64,000 nucleotides of DNA from Candidatus Saganbacteria bacterium (GTDB taxonomy: Bacteria > Margulisbacteria > WOR-1 > XYC2-FULL-46-14 > XYC2-FULL-37-10): contig JACRPL010000003.1 of the NCBI GenBank assembly GCA_016223245.1, forward strand, positions 74,078 through 138,077. Reading direction: 5' to 3'. This document shows, one piece after another, positions 22,136-31,562 of this stretch. Made by a program: the position numbers and the translations under genes. The notes beneath the pieces are model-generated. The model was given only the letters and a program-made list of their open reading frames with translations, made no database searches and was not told the DNA's origin. Positions within the stretch are counted from its first letter, which is position 1, and the number at the start of each line of letters is the position of its first letter.

Positions 22136-23542
22136 ATGGCTGAAAAAATACCAAAACAAGAAATGATAAATAGGCCGGCAACGGATAGAATAAAAAATTT
22201 TGAGGAAGTTCCATTAGGTTATACCGTCGATCAAGCTATTGCCGAAGCAAATAGATGCCTGCAATGTAAAAGCCCCAAATGTGTCGCGGAATGTCCAGTT
22301 GAAGTCGATATCCCCGCATTTATAAAATTTGTAGCTAAAGGCGACTTTGAATCAGCTGTCAAAAAAATAAAAGAAACAAATTCACTTCCGGCTATTTGCG
22401 GCCGAGTCTGTCCCCAAGAAGAACAATGCGAAATGAAGTGTATTATCGGCATTAAAGGAAAATCGGTCGGGATCGGTAATCTAGAAAGATTTGTTGCCGA
22501 TTGGGAAAGAAGCAAACTCACCCCCAACCCCTCTCTTGTTAAGAGAGGGGTGCCGAACGAAGTGAGGCGAGGTGAGTTAGTTGCTGTTATTGGCAGCGGC
22601 CCATCAGGACTTGCATGTGCTGGAGACCTTGCTATTCTTGGATATCAAGTCACAGTATTTGAATCGCTTCATGTAACCGGCGGAGTTTTGACTTACGGGA
22701 TCCCCGAATTCCGTTTACCCAAGAAGATCGTCGATCTTGAGATACAATACGTTAAAAGTTTAGGCGTTGAGATAAAAACCGATATGCTGATTGGCAATGT
22801 ATATACGATAAATGATCTCTTAAAAGAATATAAGGCTGTTTTTATTGGATCAGGCGCCGGTCTTCCAAAGTTCATGGGAATTGTCGGTGAGAATTATGAT
22901 GGTGTCTATTCCGCGAACGAGTTTTTGTTCCGCGTAAATATGATGAAAGCATGGAAATTTCCGGAATACTTAACTCCGATAAAGATCGGCAAACGTGTTG
23001 CTGTTGTCGGCGGCGGCAATGTGGCGATGGACGCGGCCAGGGTCTCATTAAGGCTTGGCGCCGATGAAGTCTATTTAATCTACAGGAGAACAGAAAAAGA
23101 AATGCCTGCTCGCCGTGAAGAGATCCATCGCGCGAAAGAAGAGGGGATAATATTCAAAGAGCTGACACTTCCTGCAAAATACCACAGGGGTGAAAATGGA
23201 TGGATAACCGATCTTGAATGCATCCAAATGGAACTTGGGGATACTGACTCTTCAGGCAGGAGAAAACCCGTAGAAATTAAGAGCTCAAATTTCAAAATTC
23301 CGATTGATACAGCTGTTGTCGCTATTGGCAATTCTCCAAATCCTTTGGTCCCGCTTCGCACCCAAAACCTCAAAACACATTCATGGGGCGGAATAATAAT
23401 TACAGAAGATGCACAAACTTCGATCAATAATGTTTATGCCGGTGGAGATATTGTCCGAGGCGCCGCTACGGTAATTTCCGCAATGGGCGACGGGAAAAAG
23501 GCCGCGAAAGAGATCAATAAGCTTTTATCGTCAAATAAATAA
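22136..23542 (+). CDS. nfnB: Nfn/sulfide dehydrogenase large subunit (GltD-like)
   Basis: RCLQCK..KCV..CP, GRVCPQE, YGIPEFRLPK, GGGNVAMD, GAATVI; paired with nfnA. Confidence 0.9.
   Translation: MAEKIPKQEMINRPATDRIKNFEEVPLGYTVDQAIAEANRCLQCKSPKCVAECPVEVDIPAFIKFVAKGDFESAVKKIKETNSLPAICGRVCPQEEQCEMKCIIGIKGKSVGIGNLERFVADWERSKLTPNPSLVKRGVPNEVRRGELVAVIGSGPSGLACAGDLAILGYQVTVFESLHVTGGVLTYGIPEFRLPKKIVDLEIQYVKSLGVEIKTDMLIGNVYTINDLLKEYKAVFIGSGAGLPKFMGIVGENYDGVYSANEFLFRVNMMKAWKFPEYLTPIKIGKRVAVVGGGNVAMDAARVSLRLGADEVYLIYRRTEKEMPARREEIHRAKEEGIIFKELTLPAKYHRGENGWITDLECIQMELGDTDSSGRRKPVEIKSSNFKIPIDTAVVAIGNSPNPLVPLRTQNLKTHSWGGIIITEDAQTSINNVYAGGDIVRGAATVISAMGDGKKAAKEINKLLSSNK
22515..22578. repeat. Palindromic element in frame in nfnB
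   Basis: AACTCACC…CCCCTCTCTTGTTAAGAGAGGGG…GGTGAGTT; same family as 15652-15724. Confidence 0.85.
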
Positions 23543-24670
23543 TAGTGCTATCCAAAAAAGAAAATTTACCGCCGATCCGCTCAAGTACGGCAAATTACTG
23601 TGCATCGCGAGCGCGAACCCGCCAAAAATAGGCCCTGCAATTCGCCCTAAGCTATCGATGGATTGCATTGCTCCCATTGTAGCCCCTTCATCTATCTCTG
23701 TCCTTTTGGAGATTAGAGATGCCAAGCTTGGGCGGCAAAGGCCAGCTCCCGCGCTTGCAATTCCAACAAAGATCATCAGAGAAATAAAATCATATGAAAA
23801 GATCGTAAGGAGATAACCGATCGAAGATAATATCAGGCCGATCTTAACGATGTTTTCTTCCCCGAACCTTTTAATTAATCGGCCTATCAGCATGCCTTGG
23901 ATAATTACTATCACAACACCCATTGAGACAAATATCCAGCCCATTTCGACCGCTCCAAAATTCAGCTTGTCTTTCGCGAAAAGCGAGAATGTGCCTTCAA
24001 AATTCGCGGTCGAGAATGAAACGACAAAAACCAGGAAAAACGCGAAGGCCAAAAACCCCCTAAGCGACAGCAGGTGTTTGAACCTATTGTATTCGACCTC
24101 GCTGCGGCTTCGTTTTTTCTTTGATTCTTTCAGGAATATTGCCGCAAAGAGGAGATTTATTACGGCTAAGACTGCAGAGAAAAAGAACGGCGCGCTAAAG
24201 TGCAATATGGAAAATAAGCTTCCGATAGCAGGACCTACAATTACGCCAAGGCCCATTGCGGCGCCCATTAGGCCCATTCCATGGCCACGGTTTTCCGTAT
24301 CGGTCACATCAGCGACATATGCCATAGCCGTCGGAAGGCATGCAGAAGATAGTATCCCGCCTAATATCCTCGAGGCAAAAAGCATCAGAAGGCTGTCCGC
24401 AATGCCGAAAAGAACGAATGAAACGGCAAATCCCGCAAGACCTATCAGGATTATGGGCTTTCTCCCGTATTTATCAGAAAGTGATCCCCAAACAGGCGAA
24501 AAGATAAACTGCATCAGCGAATAGCTTGCCATAAGCAAGCCTATTTGGAACGAGGTCGCGCCCAGGTTCAGCGAAAAAAAGGGGAGGATCGGGAGTATTA
24601 TCCCAAAACCGGCCATGACTAAAAACATGGTCATGAACAATATTATTATCCCGGAATTTCTTAATCCCAT
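23531..24670 (-). CDS. MFS transporter, TetA/DHA1-like
   Basis: GSLSDKYGRKP motif A, GPAIG motif C, about 12 TM segments. Confidence 0.92.
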   Translation of the reverse strand: MGLRNSGIIILFMTMFLVMAGFGIILPILPFFSLNLGATSFQIGLLMASYSLMQFIFSPVWGSLSDKYGRKPIILIGLAGFAVSFVLFGIADSLLMLFASRILGGILSSACLPTAMAYVADVTDTENRGHGMGLMGAAMGLGVIVGPAIGSLFSILHFSAPFFFSAVLAVINLLFAAIFLKESKKKRSRSEVEYNRFKHLLSLRGFLAFAFFLVFVVSFSTANFEGTFSLFAKDKLNFGAVEMGWIFVSMGVVIVIIQGMLIGRLIKRFGEENIVKIGLILSSIGYLLTIFSYDFISLMIFVGIASAGAGLCRPSLASLISKRTEIDEGATMGAMQSIDSLGRIAGPIFGGFALAMHSNLPYLSGSAVNFLFWIALLFI

Positions 24671-24671
24671 G

Positions 24672-25562
24672 TTAAAAATTATTTTCTATGATCTTTCTTG
24701 TTTCATCCATATTCAAAAGGATAACGCTTCCCGCGGCGTTGTTGCCGGGGTCTCCAGGCAAAGTGATGCTCCTAAAGTTATTTTTCGGCATCATTCTCAT
24801 ATTATTTGCAAGCATAATGAAGCCTTTCAGACTTAAGTCGCTTTTGACGTTTACCCTAATGAGGTTGATGATGAACGGAGCTTTGATGATCGATTGGAAA
24901 GACGCAAGCCTTGAAGATAATGCATTCAAAAATTTCTGCTGGCGTTCAATGCGCCCTAGGTCGCCTAAGGCATCGTGCCTGAACCGCACATATTCCTCGG
25001 CCTGCTTCCCGCTCAACCTCTGCCATCCGGCCTTGAGATTTATAAAAAGTCCCTGGGCTCGGTCGATGTAAAACATGTCTTTATCAACGTTTATTAGGAC
25101 GCCGCCTAGAAGGTCTACAAGTTTAGGCAGGGTCGCGGTATTTACAATCAGATATTTATCGATCGGGATATCGAGAAGTTTTTCGATCGTTGCCTTAGTA
25201 AGGCTTATTCCGCCCAAAACAAAGGCGGCATTTATTTTATTGTATCCAAACCCCGGCACTGCAACATATGAATCCCTTGGTATCGAAACAATATTCAGCC
25301 GGTTCACCAGCGGGTCGACATGAAGGACCATGATCGAGTCGCTGCGGCCGCTTTCCGAAATGATCTTCCCGGTTTCGGCGTTGGTGTCGAGATCGGTCCC
25401 GATGACCAAGATATTCATTGGGCGGCCGATGATGCCGAATTTTATGATAAATGGGATATGGGCGGGGAAAAATAAATTCGTGTAAAAGTAAATTATTCCC
25501 AGGAACAGGACGATTATCCCGATAAGCCTCAACCAATCGACATGTTTCCCGGTTTTTGTCAT
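24672..25562 (-). CDS. LytR-CpsA-Psr (LCP) family protein
   Basis: NILVIGTD, RSDSIM, SIPRDS, KINAA, VRFRH, DLGRIERQQ. Confidence 0.93.
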   Translation of the reverse strand: MTKTGKHVDWLRLIGIIVLFLGIIYFYTNLFFPAHIPFIIKFGIIGRPMNILVIGTDLDTNAETGKIISESGRSDSIMVLHVDPLVNRLNIVSIPRDSYVAVPGFGYNKINAAFVLGGISLTKATIEKLLDIPIDKYLIVNTATLPKLVDLLGGVLINVDKDMFYIDRAQGLFINLKAGWQRLSGKQAEEYVRFRHDALGDLGRIERQQKFLNALSSRLASFQSIIKAPFIINLIRVNVKSDLSLKGFIMLANNMRMMPKNNFRSITLPGDPGNNAAGSVILLNMDETRKIIENNF

Positions 25563-26203
25563 TTCTTTTCGTAGCCGATCGGGATAAGGAGCAATGGTTC
25601 GTGGTCGGGCGGAAGGCTCATTGAAGCCGCAACGACATCGTCCCAGAACGAACCGACACAGACTGTTTTAAGGCCTAAAGCTGTCGCCTGAAGGAGAAGA
25701 TTTTCTGATGCAGTACCAGCTTCTATGTAGACATATCTTTCGGCTCGGCTGCCGAATTTTGTCCTTGTTTTATTATAGTTTGCCGAAACAATAACAATAA
25801 AAGGAGCTTCAGCTACAAAAGTCTGCGCTAGCGCGGCTCGGGCCAAGCTTTGCCGCTTATCGCCTTTTACGATAACCTCAAGTTTATGCTCTAATGGCAG
25901 GTAATGGTATACGCCGGTCTTGTCCACGGCATATATTTCCAACGGGTATAGGCTGCCTGCGGACGGCGCCGACCTGAAATTCCATTGTGGGTCAGTTATA
26001 CCTTGGCACGCCCATAATAATTGGGATATCTGGGTTGAATTTAGCGGCGTTTCGAGGAATGATCTTTCCGATCGCCTTCGATAAATTGCTTCTTCGAGCG
26101 ACATTTGTCCTGTTGATCTTGACTGCGGGAGAGTTATTGTTTCGGCATAAGCCAAAGAGCAGAATACAATTAGGATGAGAGAGGTTATTATGCGCTTTCG
26201 CAT
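25559..26203 (-). CDS. SagB/ThcOx-type nitroreductase-family protein with signal peptide
   Basis: RRSERSF, QLLWACQG, RSAPSAGSLYPLE, IEAG; start reassigned to MRKRII. Confidence 0.88.
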   Translation of the reverse strand: MRKRIITSLILIVFCSLAYAETITLPQSRSTGQMSLEEAIYRRRSERSFLETPLNSTQISQLLWACQGITDPQWNFRSAPSAGSLYPLEIYAVDKTGVYHYLPLEHKLEVIVKGDKRQSLARAALAQTFVAEAPFIVIVSANYNKTRTKFGSRAERYVYIEAGTASENLLLQATALGLKTVCVGSFWDDVVAASMSLPPDHEPLLLIPIGYEKK

Positions 26204-26241
26204 AAAAACTATTATAACATAAGGTATTTTAAAGGCAAAAT

Positions 26242-26310
26242 CCCGTAGCAATGCATGCGCATTGTACGGGATAAACCCCGCAGCATGCTGCAGCATGATA
26301 CGGGGCTTTT
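26242..26310. terminator. Two hairpins downstream of ssb
   Basis: CCCGTAGCAATGC…GCATTGTACGGG and CCCCG…CGGGG followed by a T-run. Confidence 0.45.
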
Positions 26311-26312
26311 TA

Positions 26313-26663
26313 TTATACAGAAGCGGTTTCTTTTTGCTTTTTTGGGAAATCAAGCATTTGTACGCCTTCAGCTACAATTTCTGTCGAGGTGCGGTTGTTG
26401 CCTTCCTTATCTTTGTACTTGCTTATCTGAATCCTTCCGTCTACCGCAACGAGCCTTCCTTTCTTAAGGTATTCTCCGCAAATTTTTGCAAGAGGACCCC
26501 AGGCGATGCAATTGAAGAAATCAACTTCCTTTACTCCTTCCTTTTTGAAAGGCCTTTCAACTGCGATCGAAAACCTTGTGATCGGGTTTTCTTTCGAAGT
26601 AAATCGGGTTTCCGGGTCGGCCGTTAATCGTCCAATAAGCATGGTCTTGTTTAATGATGCCAT
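26313..26663 (-). CDS. ssb: Single-stranded DNA-binding protein, short form
   Basis: LNKTMLIGRLTADPE, DFFNCIAW, KGRLVAVDGR; lacks the acidic C-terminal tail. Confidence 0.93.
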   Translation of the reverse strand: MASLNKTMLIGRLTADPETRFTSKENPITRFSIAVERPFKKEGVKEVDFFNCIAWGPLAKICGEYLKKGRLVAVDGRIQISKYKDKEGNNRTSTEIVAEGVQMLDFPKKQKETASV

Positions 26664-26727
26664 CGTATTCACCTCCTTTTTTCTAAGATATTTTTGATTA
26701 CACAAGATACACAGCAATTATCGCGCC

Positions 26728-26800
26728 AACTCACCCCCTTAATCCCCCTCTCTTAATAAGAGAGGGGGAAACCCGAGCAAAGCGAGGGAGGGGGTGAGTT
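26728..26800. repeat. Intergenic 73-bp palindromic element
   Basis: Inverted copy of gltB 15652-15724. Confidence 0.92.
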
Positions 26801-26842
26801 AATCTTCGTCATAAGCGACGAAATCATGTATAATTATTTGCA

Positions 26843-27913
26843 ATGGACGAAAACATAACAATTTTTCGGAAATGCGGCACATATGACCAGGTTGAAGTAT
26901 TCAATTCGATAACTTCAGCCCTTGAGCCGCTAGGCGGCATAGGAAGATTTGTTAAACCGGGGCAAAAAGTATTGCTTAAGCCAAATATCTTGGCCGGTTA
27001 CAGTCCGGATAAAGCCGTAACGACTAATCCAGAAGTTATACGGGCGATCATTCGTCTGGTTAGGTTGGCTGGCGCCCATGCATTCGTCGGTGAAAGCCCC
27101 GGATTTGGAACTGCCGAGAAAATGTCAAAAATTACCGGCATTAAGAAGGTACTTGATGAAGAAAAAGTAGACCTGATCGAATTTAAAACACCCAAAGAAG
27201 TAAATTTCCCGGATGGGAAAAAATTCAAAAGAATAACTGTCGCGGCGGAAGTCTATGGCTATGATGTTTTGATAAATATCCCGAAATTTAAGACCCATGT
27301 GCTTACCGGAACTACTAATGCCGTAAAAAATCTTTTTGGATGCGTTCCCGGCCTTTTAAAGAGCCAATATCATTATAAAATAAAAGAACGCGAGCCTTTT
27401 ATTGAGCTCCTCGAAGATCTGGCGAGATTAATTAAACCGAAATTGACGATAATGGACGCGGTATTGGCAATGGAGGGGGAAGGCGGGCCTGCTGGCGGGA
27501 CGCCAAGACATTTGGGAATTATTGGCGCGACATCGGATCCCTTCGATATCGACCAATTGATGCTTAAGATCATTAACGGGGAAAACATCCAAGGGTTTTC
27601 TTGTCCCGATTTTAAAAAGATAAATATCTTGCCAAGCAATGTCGAATTTTTGCCGCTTTCATTTTTATTAAGCTTTATCAATAAGAACTTTTCCGATAAA
27701 CCTGTGATCGATCCCAAAAAATGCGTCAATTGCAAGATTTGTATCAATGTATGCGCCGCAAAAGCTATGTCCGTCGGATCCAAAAATCCTGTTTACGATT
27801 ATGGCAAATGCATAAGATGCTTCTGCTGCCAGGAAATGTGCCCGGAAAGAGCTATATTTGTAAAAAAGAACATGATATCGGATCTTTTGGCCAAGATATT
27901 TAATCGAAAATAA
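26843..27913 (+). CDS. DUF362 domain protein with C-terminal 2x[4Fe-4S]
   Basis: VLLKPN, TTNPEV, PKFKTH, KNLFG; CxxCxxCxxxC twice. Confidence 0.88.
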   Translation: MDENITIFRKCGTYDQVEVFNSITSALEPLGGIGRFVKPGQKVLLKPNILAGYSPDKAVTTNPEVIRAIIRLVRLAGAHAFVGESPGFGTAEKMSKITGIKKVLDEEKVDLIEFKTPKEVNFPDGKKFKRITVAAEVYGYDVLINIPKFKTHVLTGTTNAVKNLFGCVPGLLKSQYHYKIKEREPFIELLEDLARLIKPKLTIMDAVLAMEGEGGPAGGTPRHLGIIGATSDPFDIDQLMLKIINGENIQGFSCPDFKKINILPSNVEFLPLSFLLSFINKNFSDKPVIDPKKCVNCKICINVCAAKAMSVGSKNPVYDYGKCIRCFCCQEMCPERAIFVKKNMISDLLAKIFNRK

Positions 27914-27917
27914 TATT

Positions 27918-28187
27918 ATGCAAGTTTTGGGTGTGACGCGACGATTATATTGTGTGATACCTGAAATGAACATCCAAATCCAAAATCTCGTAGTTAAACT
28001 TCATGGCCCCGACAGGGTTGCTATAATGCATTCCCTTACAGACGAATTGTTGGGAGAGGAAGGGGTCCGCAGGGCGATCAACTATAATGTATATTACGGC
28101 GATCCGGAAGCGAAACAAGTTGCTATTGAGTTGGCCTCAAAAATGAAAGTTCTTACTCCACAAGATATCGAATCGCTCTCCGCATAA
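27918..28187 (+). CDS. Hypothetical protein
   Basis: 89-aa ORF filling the gap between the DUF362 gene and larC. Confidence 0.45.
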   Translation: MQVLGVTRRLYCVIPEMNIQIQNLVVKLHGPDRVAIMHSLTDELLGEEGVRRAINYNVYYGDPEAKQVAIELASKMKVLTPQDIESLSA

Positions 28188-29328
28188 CTTCTCTATAAGC
28201 TTTCTTTATAGGGATATGATGTTTATTCGCTAATTTCTTATAGTCTTCGTATTCAGGCGCGATAGTCATGATCTTCTTTCCAAGTGTTCCGATCTTAACG
28301 GCGGCTTTCCCATATTTTGTGTTGATCTGTTTAAAATGGCGGCCAAGTTTTTCTCTTTGGACTAAGAATGTTCGAACGCCAAACGAGGTAGTCGTTTCAA
28401 AAATCGTCTTTAGGATGATATCCTCCAATTCGATAGGGCATAATACAGTTAGTTTGACCGCCGCCCTTTCTTTTTTCATCCGAATATCTTCAAAATATGC
28501 ATCGTATGCCCCAGCTTTCAATAAGGATGTGATCGTATTATCGAAAAGTTTCGGAGCAATATCGTCTATGTTTGTTTCGATCATTAAAACCATATCTTTT
28601 TTGGTTTCTAATTCTTTTTCACCGATAATTACCCTTAAGAAATTCGGCTGAACTTTAAGGTCATATCCGCCGGCTCCGAATCCGGTCTTTTCAACTTCTA
28701 TCCTTGGCAATGGTCCAAAACTTTTCGCGAGAGTTGCAATGATCGCGGCTCCCGTTGGCGTTGCGAGCTCTTTTTTTATTCCCGAATCATAGATCGGTAT
28801 CCCTTTTAGAAGTTCAACCGTCGCAGGCCCCGGAATTGGGATCGTTCCATGAGCGCATTTTGTGGTTCCCGATCCAACATTTATTGGAGAGCAAAAAACT
28901 TCTTCGATACCAAGAAAGGCTAGGCAAGTAACGGAACCCACGATATCTATTATCGCGTCAATAGCGCCGACTTCATGGAAGTGGATTTCATTTATCCCGC
29001 ATTTATGGACTTTGGCTTCCGCTTTTGCAAGATTGTAAAATATTTTCTTGCTTAAAACTTTTATTTTTTTCGACAGATGGCTATTATCTATTATTTTATT
29101 GATATCTTTAAGCGACCGATGGTTTTTTTCTTTTATGGTTTTTACCTCGATATGAGTAGCATTAATTCTGTTGTTTGTTTTTCTGGTAACGAGTAACGAG
29201 TAATGCGTAATGCGAAGCTTTGCTAGTTCTTTTTTTAGATGTTCAATCGGAACTCCGGCATTTACAAGCGATCCTAAGATCATGTTGCCGGAGATACCCG
29301 ATGCGCAGTCAAAATAAGCGGTTTTCAT
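28153..29328 (-). CDS. larC: Nickel pincer cofactor nickel insertase
   Basis: YFDCASGISGNM, HFHEVGAIDAIID, AHGTIPIPGPAT, TPTGAAI, ETNIDD, PEYED. Confidence 0.95.
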   Translation of the reverse strand: MKTAYFDCASGISGNMILGSLVNAGVPIEHLKKELAKLRITHYSLLVTRKTNNRINATHIEVKTIKEKNHRSLKDINKIIDNSHLSKKIKVLSKKIFYNLAKAEAKVHKCGINEIHFHEVGAIDAIIDIVGSVTCLAFLGIEEVFCSPINVGSGTTKCAHGTIPIPGPATVELLKGIPIYDSGIKKELATPTGAAIIATLAKSFGPLPRIEVEKTGFGAGGYDLKVQPNFLRVIIGEKELETKKDMVLMIETNIDDIAPKLFDNTITSLLKAGAYDAYFEDIRMKKERAAVKLTVLCPIELEDIILKTIFETTTSFGVRTFLVQREKLGRHFKQINTKYGKAAVKIGTLGKKIMTIAPEYEDYKKLANKHHIPIKKAYREVMRRAIRYLVE

Positions 29329-30074
29329 TTGCGATTAACAATTGCGTTCGCCATAACGGCGGCGCCGAAGCCGTTGTCGATATTTACCGCGGCAACTCCG
29401 GGTGCGCAGGAGTTTAGCATCGTTAAAAGTGCCGACAATCCTTTGAAACTTGCTCCATAGCCAACCGATGTCGGGACGGCGATAATTGGCGCAGAAATTA
29501 ATCCTCCAATTACAGATGGCAATGCGCCTTCCATTCCGGCGACAGCGATAATAACAGAGGCTCTTTTTAAGATTTTAATATTTTTCAACAAACGATGTAT
29601 ACCCGCAACTCCAACGTCATGTAGCTTTTCGACTTTAAGCCCAAGAAATTCTGCCGTAATTGCGGCTTCTTCGGAAACGGGTATGTCGGATGTGCCTGCG
29701 GTTACAATAAGTACAGGGTTTCTATGCCTGCCTGCCGATCCGTCCTCCGTAGCAGTGCTACTGCGGAGGATGGAAGCTTTAGCGAAGGCAGGTTTCTTTG
29801 TTTCTATGTCGCTTTGTTTGAAAGTAACGATTCGTGCGACTTTGTGATATTTCGCTTTTGGAAGAATTTCTTTTATTGCCTTGAATGCCGTTTTATCAGC
29901 CCGGGTTGCTAATACATCATGGCCATAATGCGCGATGCGCGATGCGATATGCGCTATTTGATCGGGAGTTTTTCCTTGGCAGTAGATCACTTCAGGGAAT
30001 CCTTTTCGTTTTATCCTATGATGGTCTATTTTTGCGAACCCAAGGTCTTCGTAGTGTGGTTTATTCTTGCTCAC
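29325..30074 (-). CDS. larB: Nickel pincer cofactor carboxylase/hydrolase
   Basis: GFPEVIY, AGTSD, DVGVAGIHRL, AGMEGALPS, PTSVGYG, NIDNGFGAA. Confidence 0.95.
   Translation of the reverse strand: MSKNKPHYEDLGFAKIDHHRIKRKGFPEVIYCQGKTPDQIAHIASRIAHYGHDVLATRADKTAFKAIKEILPKAKYHKVARIVTFKQSDIETKKPAFAKASILRSSTATEDGSAGRHRNPVLIVTAGTSDIPVSEEAAITAEFLGLKVEKLHDVGVAGIHRLLKNIKILKRASVIIAVAGMEGALPSVIGGLISAPIIAVPTSVGYGASFKGLSALLTMLNSCAPGVAAVNIDNGFGAAVMANAIVNRK
29723..29792. repeat. Nested palindromic insertion in frame in larB
   Basis: CCTGCC…[TCCGTCCTCCGTAGCAGTGCTACTGCGGAGGATGGA]…GGCAGG; adds PAFAKASILRSSTATEDGSAGRH. Confidence 0.85.
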
Positions 30075-30143
30075 ATTTACTATTATATCGTGAAATTTAC
30101 TGATTGCACAGGTAGGGTTAGCTGTTTAGATGGGATTATATAA

Positions 30144-30662
30144 TCAGCCTATATTTTCTGTCGTCCGTGGTACTGGTTTGATCTCATGCATCGAAGCTAG
30201 CCAGCTAAACCCTGCGGAGAATTTTGTAGCCGCGTCATACCATGCTTTTGCAAAGTCTCCCTTGACTAGAGCATGGCTTAGGTCAACGCCGGTCAAATTT
30301 GAAAATCTTGCATCCAAATCAGTGAAAGATGCATCCCCGAAAGTGCTAAATCTTAAGCTTGCGCCTGATAACAGAGGGAAGTATGTTCCACAACTAAATG
30401 AATGTGTATCTTCAAATCTTTTGGGCCCGATAACAGATCCGCTAAAGTCAAGGTATAATACAGAATGGGCCGCGGCAAATCCAGCTAATCTTCCGACTTC
30501 GCCATGGGTGAGCGCGTGTTTGAGGTTCAGTCCGGATTCGTTGATCTTTCTTGCGACATCTCCAAGCGATCTATGGTTCGGCCCCAAAACGCTGGATGCG
30601 ATCCCGATCGGCGTCCTCCAAATATTTTTTTGAACTTGAAATTTTGTCCCATCAATTGCCAT
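30144..30662 (-). CDS. Pentapeptide-repeat-containing protein with unknown N-terminus
   Basis: AGGAGG RBS; LSGAS LRFST FGDAS FTDLD ARFSN LTGVD LSHAL, followed by the AWYDAATKFSAGF cap. Confidence 0.65.
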   Translation of the reverse strand: MAIDGTKFQVQKNIWRTPIGIASSVLGPNHRSLGDVARKINESGLNLKHALTHGEVGRLAGFAAAHSVLYLDFSGSVIGPKRFEDTHSFSCGTYFPLLSGASLRFSTFGDASFTDLDARFSNLTGVDLSHALVKGDFAKAWYDAATKFSAGFSWLASMHEIKPVPRTTENIG

Positions 30663-30704
30663 GATATTTTCCTCCTGAAGAATTATTTTTTACTCTATAC
30701 GCCT

Positions 30705-30733
30705 ACTTCGGGAAGTAATATCAGAAATTTCAC
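30705..30733 (-). promoter_or_regulatory. sigma28-like promoter motif
   Basis: Minus strand GTGAAATTT-N12-CCCGAAGT. Confidence 0.5.
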
Positions 30734-30918
30734 TTATTAAAAAATACTTTTAGAAATTTTTTGTGCCCCGTAAATAGACATAAAAATATCGTGATGGTAT
30801 ACTTTATCAATCGACCGGTTGCGGACTTCGACGAGCTCAGTCGAGTCGTTGCGCGGCTTGAAACGTATATCGCAATACGTTTCCCACTTCCCAACCCATT
30901 GACGCTTATCGATTTTAT

Positions 30919-31033
30919 GGAGGAGTGGCCGAGTGGTTGAAGGCGAACGCCTCGCCACCGCTACGTTCCGCAGACGGAACTAGCGGGGTTCCGCCAAAGG
31001 CGGAAAAAGCACTAATACTTAGAAGAATAATCG
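30919..31033 (+). pseudogene. Broken tRNA-Ser(CGA): 5' half, palindrome inserted in the anticodon loop, degenerate variable arm
   Basis: GGAGGAGTGGCCGAGTGGTTGAAGGCGAACGCCTCG aligns with the intact tRNA; no T-arm or 3' acceptor strand. Confidence 0.75.
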
Positions 31034-31034
31034 A

Positions 31035-31280
31035 ATGTTTTATATATACATATTAGAAAACGATGTCAATAAGCATTACATCGGATATACTTCGAAAGAT
31101 CCCATTGAAAGATTAGAGGAGCACAATCGATCAAAGGGAAATTGGACAAGATATAAAGGCCCTTGGAAATTAGTTTATCAGGAAAGCTTTTTAACTAAAG
31201 AAGAAGCTTCTAGAAGAGAAAAGCAGATAAAAAATTATAAAGGCGGTCAAGCCTTTAAAAAATTAGTTATTAATATTTAG
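31035..31280 (+). CDS. Small GIY-YIG nuclease
   Basis: FYIYIL…HYIGYT…RLEEHN…WT…PWKLVYQE…A..REKQIK. Confidence 0.92.
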   Translation: MFYIYILENDVNKHYIGYTSKDPIERLEEHNRSKGNWTRYKGPWKLVYQESFLTKEEASRREKQIKNYKGGQAFKKLVINI

Positions 31281-31282
31281 TT

Positions 31283-31372
31283 GGAGGGATGGCTGAGCGG
31301 TTGAAAGCGGTCGCCTCGAAAGCGACTATACTGGAAACAGTATCGGGGGTTCGAATCCTCCTCCCTCCGCCA
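31283..31372 (+). tRNA. tRNA-Ser(CGA)
   Basis: GGAGGGA/TCCCTCC acceptor, GTCGC-CTCGAAA-GCGAC anticodon arm, long variable arm, GTTCGAATC, encoded GCCA. Confidence 0.97.
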
Positions 31373-31562
31373 GTTGAGAAATGTCTTTGTTGGCTCGCCC
31401 GAGGCTAAGGCTCGCCAACCGTTTTTCATAGAAATTTCAAGCCGTTTTGAATTCAGTAAGGCCAAGAGAAAACTTTTTGAATTTTTATTGATTAAGACAA
31501 CCGACATACCCCGAGCGCAAGCTCGAGGGAATATGAGTCTTTTTAGCCCCCTGATATAATTG

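Noticed and set aside
22136..23542. Second glutamate synthase small subunit
   Set aside because: Pairing with an NfnA-type gene indicates NfnAB/SudAB.
23850..24524. Long antisense ORFs (also 46725-47723, 17934-18503, 6384-6893)
   Set aside because: They are shadows of well-supported genes on the opposite strand.
30130..30633. Plus-strand 167-aa ORF
   Set aside because: It is antisense to 30144-30662, which has an RBS, a promoter motif and pentapeptide repeats.
30737..30958. 73-aa minus-strand ORF
   Set aside because: Its start lies in the antisense of the tRNA fragment and it contains a palindrome (30824-30847); at most an unidentifiable gene remnant.
30919..31372. Group I intron in tRNA with a homing endonuclease
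   Set aside because: The downstream tRNA is complete rather than a 3' exon, and there is no room for a ribozyme core.
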